Below, one piece after another: positions 28,364 to 39,800 of a stretch of DNA of 59,912 bases. Every line of letters starts with the position of its first letter. Positions within the stretch are counted from its first letter, which is position 1. Origin of the DNA: Candidatus Omnitrophota bacterium (GTDB lineage Bacteria > Omnitrophota > Gorgyraeia > Gygaellales > Profunditerraquicolaceae); contig JAZDPH010000057.1 of the NCBI GenBank assembly GCA_043797735.1, positions 1-59,912 on the forward strand. Direction: 5' to 3'. Below the pieces are notes generated by a model. The model saw nothing but the letters and a program-made list of their open reading frames with translations, searched no databases and was not told the origin of the DNA. The translations under genes were made by a program, and so were the position numbers.

Positions 28364-29651
28364 GTTGTTTTTTCGCCAACTCTCTCTCTTTTATCTTCTG
28401 CACTTCGGCCGCAACCTGCTCCGGGGTTTTTTCTCCGATAATAATAGACTGGATCCCTTTATCAAAGGCCTCTATGACCGGGGAAAATTCGGAAACCCCC
28501 CATACGTTCGGATGGGTGGCGTAATCCATCCCCCTGGCAAATTGCGATAATAGCGCCGGGATTTTATTCAGGCAGTTTTTGTTTGCCGGAAGGTTATTGG
28601 TGGTTTCGGCAAGATATGCCTGCTGGGGCGCCTCGGTAAGCCATCTTAAGAATTTTACCGCCTCGTCTTTATTGTTAGAGCGGGCGTTCACCATAAGCGA
28701 AGAGCCCGCGCCCCCCCAGATGGCCATCGGATGCTTATCCGAGGCCTTCGGCGGCAGGAAAGCCGCGTATTCAAGGCCGGGGCTCATCTCCTTGTAAACG
28801 TTTACGCACCATGAGCCGTTAAATGCGAATACCGCCCTGTCATTGGCAAAAAGCTGCTCTGCGGTTTTATTCACCATTGTTACCAGGCCGCTGGCCAGAA
28901 TCCCTGAATCCTGCATCTCTTTAAAGAGGGACAGAACCTTTATCCAGTCCGGGTCGGTGTAAGGGACTTCTCCTTTTATCGTGGCAAGGACCTTGTCTTT
29001 GCCCATAATATTAAAGGCGTAATTACTGGCGAAGCAGTCAATCATCCAAACCTCGCCCCATCCGGAGACAAGCCCCTGCATATTCGCTTCTTTTATTTTT
29101 TTGCCTATATCCAATAACTCCTGAAAACTCGCCGGCGGCCGGGCGGGGTTAAGGCCTAATTGCTGGAACAGGGCCTTATTATAAAGCATCTGGATAGTCA
29201 TTATGTCTAAGGGCGCGGCATAAACCCCGGGCTTGGCGCCGTAGCTGTTATCCTGCGCGAATTCATTTACTGCCAGCGCCTTCTCAAAGAACTCTTTTCT
29301 CCAGGCGCCGTTATTTTCATCCATATAGGGGGTAAGTTCAAGGATATGGCCGGCCTTGACGAATGAGGCAAAGTCCCTTTTTTCGCCCAGGAGGCCGAAA
29401 ATATCGGGAAGATTAGCTCCTTGTGCGGCGGCGCGCACCTTCTGGGAGTAGGCATCTGAAGGCGCGTAAAGCTCAAAATTCACCTTTATGCCGGTCTTCT
29501 CTTCATAGCGCTTTGCCAGCTCCTGAAATGCCGGCTCGCGATCAGTCATCCAGTGCCATACGGTTAAGTTCAGCTGGGAATTTTTTGGGCAAGGGCAGCA
29601 ACCAGCCGATAATAAAACAAGCAGCAAGAAAAATCTGAGCAGTTTAAACAT
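28353..29651 (-). CDS. Sugar ABC transporter substrate-binding lipoprotein
   Basis: Lipobox SAGC; LTVWHW; LPDIF; LYNKALFQQLGL. Confidence 0.93.
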   Translation of the reverse strand: MFKLLRFFLLLVLLSAGCCPCPKNSQLNLTVWHWMTDREPAFQELAKRYEEKTGIKVNFELYAPSDAYSQKVRAAAQGANLPDIFGLLGEKRDFASFVKAGHILELTPYMDENNGAWRKEFFEKALAVNEFAQDNSYGAKPGVYAAPLDIMTIQMLYNKALFQQLGLNPARPPASFQELLDIGKKIKEANMQGLVSGWGEVWMIDCFASNYAFNIMGKDKVLATIKGEVPYTDPDWIKVLSLFKEMQDSGILASGLVTMVNKTAEQLFANDRAVFAFNGSWCVNVYKEMSPGLEYAAFLPPKASDKHPMAIWGGAGSSLMVNARSNNKDEAVKFLRWLTEAPQQAYLAETTNNLPANKNCLNKIPALLSQFARGMDYATHPNVWGVSEFSPVIEAFDKGIQSIIIGEKTPEQVAAEVQKIKERELAKKQRNS

Positions 29652-29781
29652 AACTCTCCTGTCCTTTCATTAATGCTAACGTATTAACGCTGCCGTAATG
29701 CCATCATACCCTTAAAATTATATTATACCATTTAAAAAGGACCAAATCAACCCTTAGCCCCGCCACTGTTGCCCCGCCACT

Positions 29782-29875
29782 GTCATTGCGAGGAGCGAGC
29801 GTAGCGAGCGACGAAGCAATCTAAAAGAAAGATTGCTTTCCCTTCCCCTTCGCTCAGGGTCAGTACCGCAATGAC
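29782..29875. repeat. REP-like palindrome (GTCATTGCGAG family)
   Basis: gtcattgcgagg...gaagcaatct...agattgctt...cgcaatgac. Confidence 0.85.
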
Positions 29876-29918
29876 AACAGAACATAAAGCCTAAATTTAA
29901 CATAACTTTAATAGCCGG

Positions 29919-30629
29919 TCAAGCGTTTTTCGCGTTGCCTACCCTTAAGACCCTTGATAACGCCATAAGGTTGGCTTTCTCTAAGTTTATCCCCACCCGG
30001 CAGTTATTTGCGTCCTTAAAACTTGACCAGGCCGCCTCTCCCCTTAGATAGAGGGGCTCGCCTTTATCAGCAATCTCCACCCACATCTCTAAAGAAGCGC
30101 CCGGTTTTACTGCCCCGGCCGTTACAAATCCTACCCCTTTTGCGCTGATATCCTCGGTAACTGCGCTCCCCTCCTTGTTCTCGCTAAGGTCAAGGTATTT
30201 CAAAGGCAACCCTGCCTTAAAACGTTCAAATATCCTGCGGTCCGGCGCCTCTTTGCCTTGCCTTGCCTCATCCTCCTTGTCCCACCACAGGCTGTCTAAT
30301 AAGTCGGGAAAATGGCTGCGGATGAACTTATATATAACCTCCTTGTCCTTGTCTTTTATCTTGCTGAAATAAAAACCATAGAGATTGTGGCCCCCGATTT
30401 TCCTATGCCAGGCCCTCCAAACCTCTACCCCCTCCAGAGAGCACTCCTTATCAAGAATGATATCCAATTTCACAAACACTGCCGCGGGCAATAGCGGCGC
30501 CAAAACAACTTTCAGGCCCTTAAAATTAATGTCGGCAATAACGCAATCAATAAAGGTAACCGCGTCATCAATCTTTACCTGCGCCCGCCAGCTTATCTTC
30601 CACCTTACATTCTCCCTGCGATTCTGCAT
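29919..30629 (-). CDS. Tandem PilZ domain protein
   Basis: RRENVR...DINFKG and RRIFER...DISAKG (RxxxR, DxSxxG); AGGAGG RBS. Confidence 0.88.
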   Translation of the reverse strand: MQNRRENVRWKISWRAQVKIDDAVTFIDCVIADINFKGLKVVLAPLLPAAVFVKLDIILDKECSLEGVEVWRAWHRKIGGHNLYGFYFSKIKDKDKEVIYKFIRSHFPDLLDSLWWDKEDEARQGKEAPDRRIFERFKAGLPLKYLDLSENKEGSAVTEDISAKGVGFVTAGAVKPGASLEMWVEIADKGEPLYLRGEAAWSSFKDANNCRVGINLEKANLMALSRVLRVGNAKNA

Positions 30630-30838
30630 TTTAATCCGCCTCCTTTTATTTTTTTAGGTAGGGTTTGGGAGGCAGCCGGCATAAGCCTGCCGCCTCCCAA
30701 ACCTTTAGCCACACTGCCGAAGCAGCTAAAGGATTAAAGATAATGACGGTATTATTATAATGGTATAAGTGCATATACTCAACAACTTATCCTTATGCCG
30801 GCCATTACCGATAACCTCCTGCTGCCTCGGCAATCCTG

Positions 30839-33800
30839 CTAAAATTCACTGCTTATAATTGGAGGGGGGCGGGCTAAAGTTGGAATCCAAACTTCTTCCG
30901 GCCTTTTAATGATAGGCCGCAACCCTGAAGAACTTTGGGCTATAGTATTATACCCCCGGCGCAGCCTTATCGGCGTTCTTTCTGCCGGCGGAAACAAATT
31001 GCTGTCAATAAGAGAGGTAACTTTCATCATGGCGCCCACCAGCGCGCCTACGGAGTCATTAGCGTTTAGCGTAAAGCGGATAGCGGATAGGCACACTACT
31101 ATGCGCCCTGTGTTATTCGCTAATCGTGTTAGCGAAGAGCTGGAATATAATCCGTCATTGCGAGCCCCAAAGGGGCGAAGCAATCCCTTTCTCCCGATAG
31201 GCGTTGTCAAGAAAGAAAAGGGACTATTTCTATTTTTACTCTCCACCGGCGAGCTGTTTTTAAGGGGCACTTCTTTTCTATCTACATTATTCTTAAAAGG
31301 TTGCTGGGGCCTGGTCCTATTCTGTTCGTTGAATCCTAGACTGGCTGATATAGTCCAATCATGTTCGAACTCAGAAGAACGTTCGGAATATTTTGTAAAA
31401 CAACCTTTTCCAGCATCCCATATAAATGTTCCATCAATACCATCATCTTCTTTTTTATTAAAAATAAAATTAAACCCTCTCCCAACATCCCAGCGATTCC
31501 AATCTACGGCCCTTTCATCTTCAAGTCTTAAAACTTTCTTTGATGCTTGCTGTGTTTCTTGTTTGACTCTTGCTTTAATAATTTCTAAGAATCGTCTAAC
31601 AATATTGTCACTTCTTCTTGCAATTAAAATCTTCCGCTCTTCTTCTTTAGTAAAAAGAATACCTAATTTAGCCTGAACGCTTTGCAAAGCAATCAATCTT
31701 TTTTCTTCATCTTTTTTGTTTATGGCAGGGGTTAAAATCTTTTCAGGACCACTCACTCTGTCTATAATTTTCTGTTGAATATAGTCATCAGGAATTTGTG
31801 CATAATAAGGTAGCACAAAGGGATCAAATAATTTTTGTATTTGACTTCGAATTTCATAAATATGATTTCTTATGCCGCCGATACTACATCCCTTTAATAT
31901 GGCCCAAATATTTATTGATAACCCTTGAGCAAGTTCTGGCATTTTGTATCCTAGCTCAACAGGGTTGTGTTTATAATAATACAAAGTAACTAAACCTAGC
32001 TCCCTGAGAATATCTACAGCTTCTCCATTACAATCAGGCATTTGATCCACAGGAACCACGTTACTTTGTCGGCTAAGATAATTAAATGTCAAAGATAATG
32101 CTTGCTGTTTATCTTTAGGTTTTGGCATTCTTTGAGCTGGGACGCTAAAGCTATAATATAAGCTGAAACGCTCAAGCCATGCAGCATAGTGATCACGAAA
32201 GATAACATTGGTTGACTCACCAACCATAAAGTGTTGCTTTAGAAATCCCATTTCTGATTTTGGGGAATAATACCCGTCTTCACGCAGACCAAGATACTCA
32301 ACTTCAAACCCACCGCCGATGTAAAGAAAATCATCTAATGCGTTTAAGTCCTGAAGTTCCCTCGTAAGTTTAAGCGCCTCTATATTTGCTCCATCTACAG
32401 GATAAATATCCCCAAAAAGCATAGCAGATTCAGAATACACGGGATGAGGACCAATGTTAGCCAAAATGACATTAAAGGGCCCATGAACTGCCAGTTTATC
32501 ACCCATGCCCGCGTCATTAAACCTTCCTTCAACAAAAATGGCTTGGCTTAAATTAAATCCATTTATTTCTCTTTCGGCTTCAAAAGTTTTTCTCAAATCT
32601 GCTTCTTTTTCGACACCAACTGCTTTAAGGGCGCCTAACTTTAAAGCAAATAATGCGGCAATCCCCCCGCCAACTCCATGTTCCAATACTACGGCGCCTT
32701 CAAAAGAATCTTTGGCCTCAACCATTTGGACTAAATAGGGGACTGCATAGCGCATTCCTTTCCTCGTATGAGCAAATTGCTCACTTACTGAAGTAAGAAA
32801 AAGAACATCTTTATGCAAAGCCTCTGGAATAACTTTTCGTAGATTTTCATCAGCGATTGCATGCTTTCCCAAACGAAAAAAACAATTATATTTTTCCCCT
32901 GGACCCTTCCCTTGAATTACAGAATATTTATGTGTTTTAGATTTAATATTCTTAACTTTACCAATTGCATGCTCTTTTATACTATCATTTAAATAAACAC
33001 CATTTCGTTTAACTGCACCATATGCATTCTCAAAATTATATTCTTTAACAAGCATTTTTTCTACGCCAGCCATGGTTTTGAGAGGGGATTCTCTAATATT
33101 ATTTAAAGCCTCTCCCCCTTCATTCCCTAACACCGGCGAGGCGGCGGAGTCCTTCATCAGCGTGGAGCCCTGCGCCGGGGCCGCCGCGGCTATGCTCTCT
33201 GTGTTATCCGCTGATTCTGTTACCGAAGAACTGCCATAACCACTGCTATCTGGTATCCCGTTCTCTAACCAATATAGTGCTACATCAAAAACTTCTGCGA
33301 GTGCCTTTAAATTATCTTGGGATGGAGAAACTATGCCCTGTTCCCAGCGCCAAACAGAGATTTCATTAACACCAATTTTAGCGGCAAGTTGTTCTTGCGT
33401 AAAATCGTTATTTTCTCTAAGCCGCTTTATCCTTTCTTCTAATGTCTCTACCTTAAGGCAGTCCTTTACCGATTCATCTTCGGGCAGAGGAAGATTCCCG
33501 TCAAGACTCTCCATTATTATTTGCTTAATTTGCTCTAAGGGTTTACCTGATTGGCCCTTCTTAATGAGGGCAACAAGTATTGCATCTATATTGCTTTCGG
33601 GGGCTGTTTCCTTTATCAATTTTACAAGATTCTCAAGTTTATTTATATTTAAGGCATTAGGAATTCTGGGCCAATTAAATTCTTCCCCATATAAAATAGA
33701 TAAGGTATCCGGAGGGACGCCGCTTTCTTTAGATACAAAAATAAGGCCTTCTATCCCTGCTTCCTTTAACCAGCTGGAATGCTCTTTAGTCAATCCTTCG

Positions 33801-36800
33801 GCCTTATCTAACTTTTCTATGGTTGCGCGGAGCTTATTCCACCCGAACTCATCTCCAAATGCCGTAACTAAATCATAGGTATTAGAAAGGCAAAGTTCTC
33901 TAGCAAAACGAACCTGCCCTTGATTACCAAGGTAGTCCCCTGGATTAGCACCTAATAATTTCTTACCTTTAAAGAATGTCCTCCATGGCAGATCCTGCGA
34001 TTTCATCCTTAATCTTTCTTTAGCCTCTCTGGATAAATGCTTTAGCTGCGGGCCCACGCTAAAGTTCTCATAAATAACTACGCCGGAAACCTTAATACGG
34101 CCCGCTCTTATTGCTAACTCCACGGCTTGGGCCAGATACAATGCCCCTTCTCTGCCTTGATAATCTGGATGCTTATAAATATTGTTTAACGCCGTTAAAT
34201 CTACCTCTCTTTTTTCCTCACCAATTGCCCACTCTGCAACAATAGGCTCTGTGCCATCGGTGATTATTATCTGTTTGCCTTCCTCTAAGGCTTTAAATAA
34301 ATCCTCAAGGCTATTATATTTATCCTTTAGAGCAGGAGGCGCTGCTTCATTTATTAAACGTAATATTGATGGCCGCAACATTGCATATACTGCCCCGCTT
34401 AATGCCTCTGCCAACTCCTTAAATCTTACATAGCGCCTTAACCTTGCGTGTATGGCTTGCCGAGTAATTCCTAAGCTATCACGCATTTTAGCAGTATTTC
34501 CGTTATGGTCTCTAATAAGTTCTTCTAATGCGTATTTTTCTTCTCGGCGGGCCCTGCGGCGAGCTTTCCTTCTTAATGTTTTTGCCCGTTGGTCAAGGTC
34601 CGGGGATTGCCTTATCTTCTTGCCGATAGTTCTTGCATCGCGTTTGACGGCATCGGCAATTATAGAAATGCTTCCCCAGTGTTGTTCAATAAGGCATCCC
34701 AGTGTAGTTTCGTCCAAGATAATAATTCCATCCGATTTCTGCTCTCTTAATTTCTCTGCCAATTCTTCAGATTCTGCATGCAGGCCTTTATACCTAGAGA
34801 TGCATGAATCAAGATCTTCTAAAGCACCCGGTTTCTTAAGACGCCCATCTGCTTCAGGCATTTTCTCAACAGCCGGTTCCTTTTTTGGAGCAGGAGGCGC
34901 TACCTCATTTATGAAACCCGCTATTAAATCTACCGGCATTGCAGCTATTGCTTGGAGTAATTTACTTTCTATCGTATTAATTAGGGAACCAACAACGGCT
35001 ATATCTTTTTTTGATGGGCCAGCCCTTTCCAATGCTATATTGTCCGGCTCGCCAGCATTGAAATCTGTCTCGTCGCTGAACAGCGCACAAAGATCTTCTA
35101 TGCTACCCTCTCCGATACCCTCAATAGCCGGTTCCTCATCCTCCCGTATATTAACTCTATATAAAGCCACCTCATCAATCGATAACCCTCTATCTAACAG
35201 CTCAACTATTGCCTTTTCCTCCGGCGTTAATTTAACTTCAGTTATAGCAACCAGCCTGCCAATTATCCCTGTCCCGGACAGCTTATTACTAGCCATTATG
35301 CCTCTTATGCTTAATTTTCTACCAGTACCAACCTTATTAAAACTGGTAATAACTATCAAAACCTTTGCCTTATAATCTATATCATTGGGCTTATTCTTCC
35401 CCACCGCCGAGGAAGAAGAAATGAGCAAAATGGGGACGTTTCTATTTTTCACCCCCGCCAGCGAGGAGGCGGTTCTTTTCTGCGCCGGGCTGGAGCCTTG
35501 AGCGACACTGCCAGAAAAAGGCGCTGTCCCCTTTTCTAGAATGATGCCGATTGTAACGTGCGAAACGCCGAACTGGATAGCTAACTCTGTTTGAGATCCA
35601 GAAACTCTCTCGCCTTGATGTTTCCTTGCCCAAGCCCGCATTTCCTGACTATTTTTCCTTGCCTGTCTATTTTTCATCCCCACCGTTGAAGAGACAAGGC
35701 CTTCTATCGCTGAGCTGGAATATAATTTGTCATTGCGAGCGACTGCGAAGGCGTTAGACCAAGGCAGGAGCGAAGCAATCCCGCCGTCTTTGAGATTGCT
35801 TCGTCGCGCCTGCGGCGCTCCTCGCAATGACACAGACGAACTCGTAATCTCCTCTCCCACCGCCGAGCTGGAGTGAGATTCATCCATAACTTCATCGCTC
35901 TCGCCAGGAAATTTATCAAGACTCCCCCCGCGCGCGATACGTCTTATTTCTCCCATCAATATGCCGTTGTCGGAACCCGTGGTTTCAACTGCTATTGTAT
36001 CTCCATTTTTTATAGCCATTTCCAACAATTCTAAGAAACTGTTGCCTGATTTAACTATTACTTCTTTTCCGAGATGAATAATTTTTATTGTTGTTTCCGG
36101 AAATCTACCGGCTAATTTATACAAATCTATATAAGGCCGTAAATGTAGGCCAAACGCATCGGTAATAGTGATGTTTTCTGAATGCTTTTGCGCCGCTGAG
36201 CTGGAGCCCTGTGCCGCTTTCGCCGCGCCCTGCGCCTTCAACGCGGAAAAACCTATACGGCCACTGAGGCTGGGTGAAGAAGCCTTGCCGTGTTTATTTT
36301 CTATAATGCAAATAAGGGACGTTTCTGTTTTTTCTCCCCCCATTGCCGAGGAGGCGGTTATTTTATCGGGTAAATCAAGCAAAGATCTAGATGCAAAGTC
36401 TGTATTTTCCGATGTATCTCTAAAATTAGCCTCTAACCAACCGGGATATTGAGGATTCTCTTTTGTCTTTGTAACAAGATAATCTATAAATCTATTGGTT
36501 CGGAAGCTCACCGGTGCGCACCAATGGCCTCGACATGATACTTGTGGATTTAGTCCCGGCAAAACTTCCTTAACGCCTCTTTGAAGCATTTCTTCCAAGT
36601 CGGCCTGAGTGTTAAAATCTCCAAAATATGGACTTCCGGGAATACAGTGTGTACAAGGGTATAATTTGCCTTCGCAACCGACCGCAACAATAAAATAAGC
36701 ATAAAAACATTTAGGGGAAAAGTACTCTGGCTTGTCTAAGACAGGATTGAAAAAGCTGGTAGTAATTTCTAAAGGCGCCAAGGTATTCTTTTCCTGTAAA

Positions 36801-39800
36801 GATATAATTGTATCGTAAGCCTCTTGCAATAAATCGCGGCCAGGCACATTCTTTTCCTGGGTAAGGAGATTTCTCCTAAACTGTACTATATTAACACCTA
36901 TTGCACCCAACATTCCGGCTGTTTGAATAATCTGACTGATATTGTTTTTAGTAAGTAAGACTGTAACGGTAGTCTGGATTTTTGATTTTTTATGGTGACA
37001 CAACCTAACAAATGATTCGATATTTTTGATAACTCTATCCCTATGTTTATTTTGATGAAGACTAACTCTGGCAAAAATACCTCCTTCGGCTAACAATTCA
37101 CAAATTTCCCCCTTAAACTTAAGCCCATTAGTAATCAAGCCAACTTCAAGGCCCTGTTTTAAGAACTCTTCGATTCCTCTCTTGCTTGATGCATAAGCAA
37201 CAAGCGGATCCCCGTTAGTTCCCGTAAGCCTCACGCGCTCTATAGGATCTATCCTGTGCTTTGCATTGTATGCTTTAATCCTATCAGCGATTATTTGCAT
37301 TAGGTCAGGAGATATAGTTAATTGTTTGGGCTTAGAGAAAATATTACCCGAACAAGTAGGACATCTCATATTGCAGATATTGCTTACATCTATTTCTACT
37401 TCCGAAGGCCCCATAGGCTTACCTTTTAAAATGCCTAAGATTCTACCCAGATGCTTCTTAATCAATCTATCTTCAAAATCGAATGTTCCTGATTTGCCTT
37501 CTTTTAAACCAAATAATCTCGCGAGGCGCTTAAGCTCTTTTTGCTGCCAAGCTGAATCGGTTTTATTTTTCTCCCCCACCGCCGAGCTGGAGCCCTGGGC
37601 TGGATTGTCTAAACTAAACCCGCCTATTATCTTTGACCTGCGATTTAAAGCAACAAACTGCCTCTTGCTAAAATCTAATCCAACTCTGTTATCGCGGTAT
37701 ATTTCGCTCTTTATATGCGCAGCCAAAGAGATATGTAATGCCCTTAAGGCTAGCAATATGGCCTCGGCATTTTCTTTGTTTGAAATCTTTTTTGCTTTAA
37801 TCGCTTCTGGAGAAGTTATGGGCTGGATAAGTATTGCTTTTATCTTGTTTCTCCGGATAAAAGAAATATATTTTAAAATCTCATTAATAAAACCTTCGGC
37901 AATTCCCTCTGGTGAAAAAATAATTGAAGGGTTTTGAGGGGCTACGTTCAAATGGGCAAAAGTACATACTATCCTATTAAAAAGAATGAGATAATTACAA
38001 TTATCCGCCCCTTGCGATGTTAATACCTTTTCTTTGCTATTAACATTAATAATCCCGAATTCATTCGTCCTTAAGATTCCGGGGGGGCCACGGGTTACTG
38101 CTTGAGAACTAATAACTCCTGCCGCATGGCTAAGGCGGTACTTTACCGTATCTATCCCCTGCGGAGTTGAATCAACTATAGTCCATGGAATCCCTGCCTG
38201 CTTTAATAATTCCTGCAACGATATCCCCAATGCAGAGGCCAGCCCGGATAACGTATTGAACCTGATCCCCCCCTGGCACCCGTCTTCAATGCTGGTGACA
38301 ACAGAAGGCCCTGATAAATGCGCTAGTCTTGCTAATTCTCTCTTGGAGCATTGCTTTTCTGTATGCAATCCTTCTACAAACTGCCCTAACACCATGCTAT
38401 TCTCTATGGTAAGCGGGATTATGGGATTATTATTCTTTACCGGCGAGCTGGAGCCCTGCGCCGGGGCCGAGGAGGCGGCTTGCCCTAACGGAAAAACCTT
38501 GACAAAAAATCCTAAGATAATAGAATATGGCTGTATGTTAACAGGCAGAGAATTAGATACGTTATCTAACTTCTTCTTAGATGGAGCAAAGATACTGTTC
38601 GGTTCTTTGGTTGTAGGTGTTTTTGTCCCAGGCGCTTCTGGTAAAATCTCCTGGTTGACCTTTGTTGTTGGAAGCGGGATGACCATGGTGTTTCTGGCAA
38701 TAGCGGCGCGCCTGTCTAAATTAGCGAAAGAATAAGGATGAATCTCTTGACTTTTTATATTCTGGCTGGAATTCTTGCCCTCATTATTTTTCTTTGGGCT
38801 ACCAAAGGGAAAAGGTGATCTATTATGGATAGTTGGGCTTTTCTCTATATTATTGCTTTCATTATTATCGCCGTTGACCTCTTTGTTGTCCTTTCCTATA
38901 AAAAGAGATAGCGCTCTTGCGCTTCCTCGTAATAGCCCCATCAGAATCAACAGGCTGAAATAAAAGGATTGTAGACGCTTTACGGAACCATCGATAGGAG
39001 AAGAAGTTACGGAAGAAATACTTCCTCGGATGTATTTGCTTGCCAACTCCTTGTTAGACAACGAGCTAGATACAGCGTCTGGATTTTCTCCAACCACCGC
39101 GCCGACTTCCACCGGCGAGGCGGCGGGACCTTTCAATATTTCTCCTATGCTCTTAACCTTGACTAATGAGACTATGATATCCTGAGGGGAATAGTCTGAA
39201 ACCCAACTTATTATCTTGTCAGTCCCGGCTTCCAACTCTTTAATGGTTTTAACCTTGGCTAATAAGACTGGCAGATAATCAAAAACATACCGATCAGGTT
39301 TACCGAATTTAACCTTGCGGTAGGCGGCCTCGTGGTTAGCATAGGCTTGAATCAAAATTATTATCTCGTTATTCCAAGCTCTCAACTCTTCAGGGGTTAT
39401 AACTTTAGCTAATAAGGCTGGGAGACAACCCTTGAGATACCATTCTGAGAATGAATTATTATCGACATACTTGTTATACCCGTAAAGGTCACTGGATTTA
39501 TTCTTGTAGAGTTGAATCACTCTTATTATCTCATCATTCCAAGCTTCCAACTCTTTAATGGTTTTAACCTTGGCTAATAAGTCTGGGATGGCTTTTTGAT
39601 ACCAATAATCAGAGCTTTCGAATAGACAAGAGAAGACTTGAGTCAAATTTATTATCTTCTGAATCCAGGCGCTTAATTCATCTATGTTTGTAACCTTGGC
39701 TAATAAGTCAGACAGACAATCCTCGACATAATAGGGAACGTTACTAAATGTAGCCTTGTAGGTATTGAGCAGACTCGTCTCTCTGCTACTTAACTCTTTT

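Noticed and set aside
2132-30657. Short + strand ORFs opposite housekeeping genes
   Set aside because: Antisense shadows of well-supported minus-strand genes, or REP-derived frames.
30630-30838. c-di-GMP riboswitch upstream of the PilZ gene
   Set aside because: No GEMM-type GCAAAC..GAAA..GACGCAAA core is visible.
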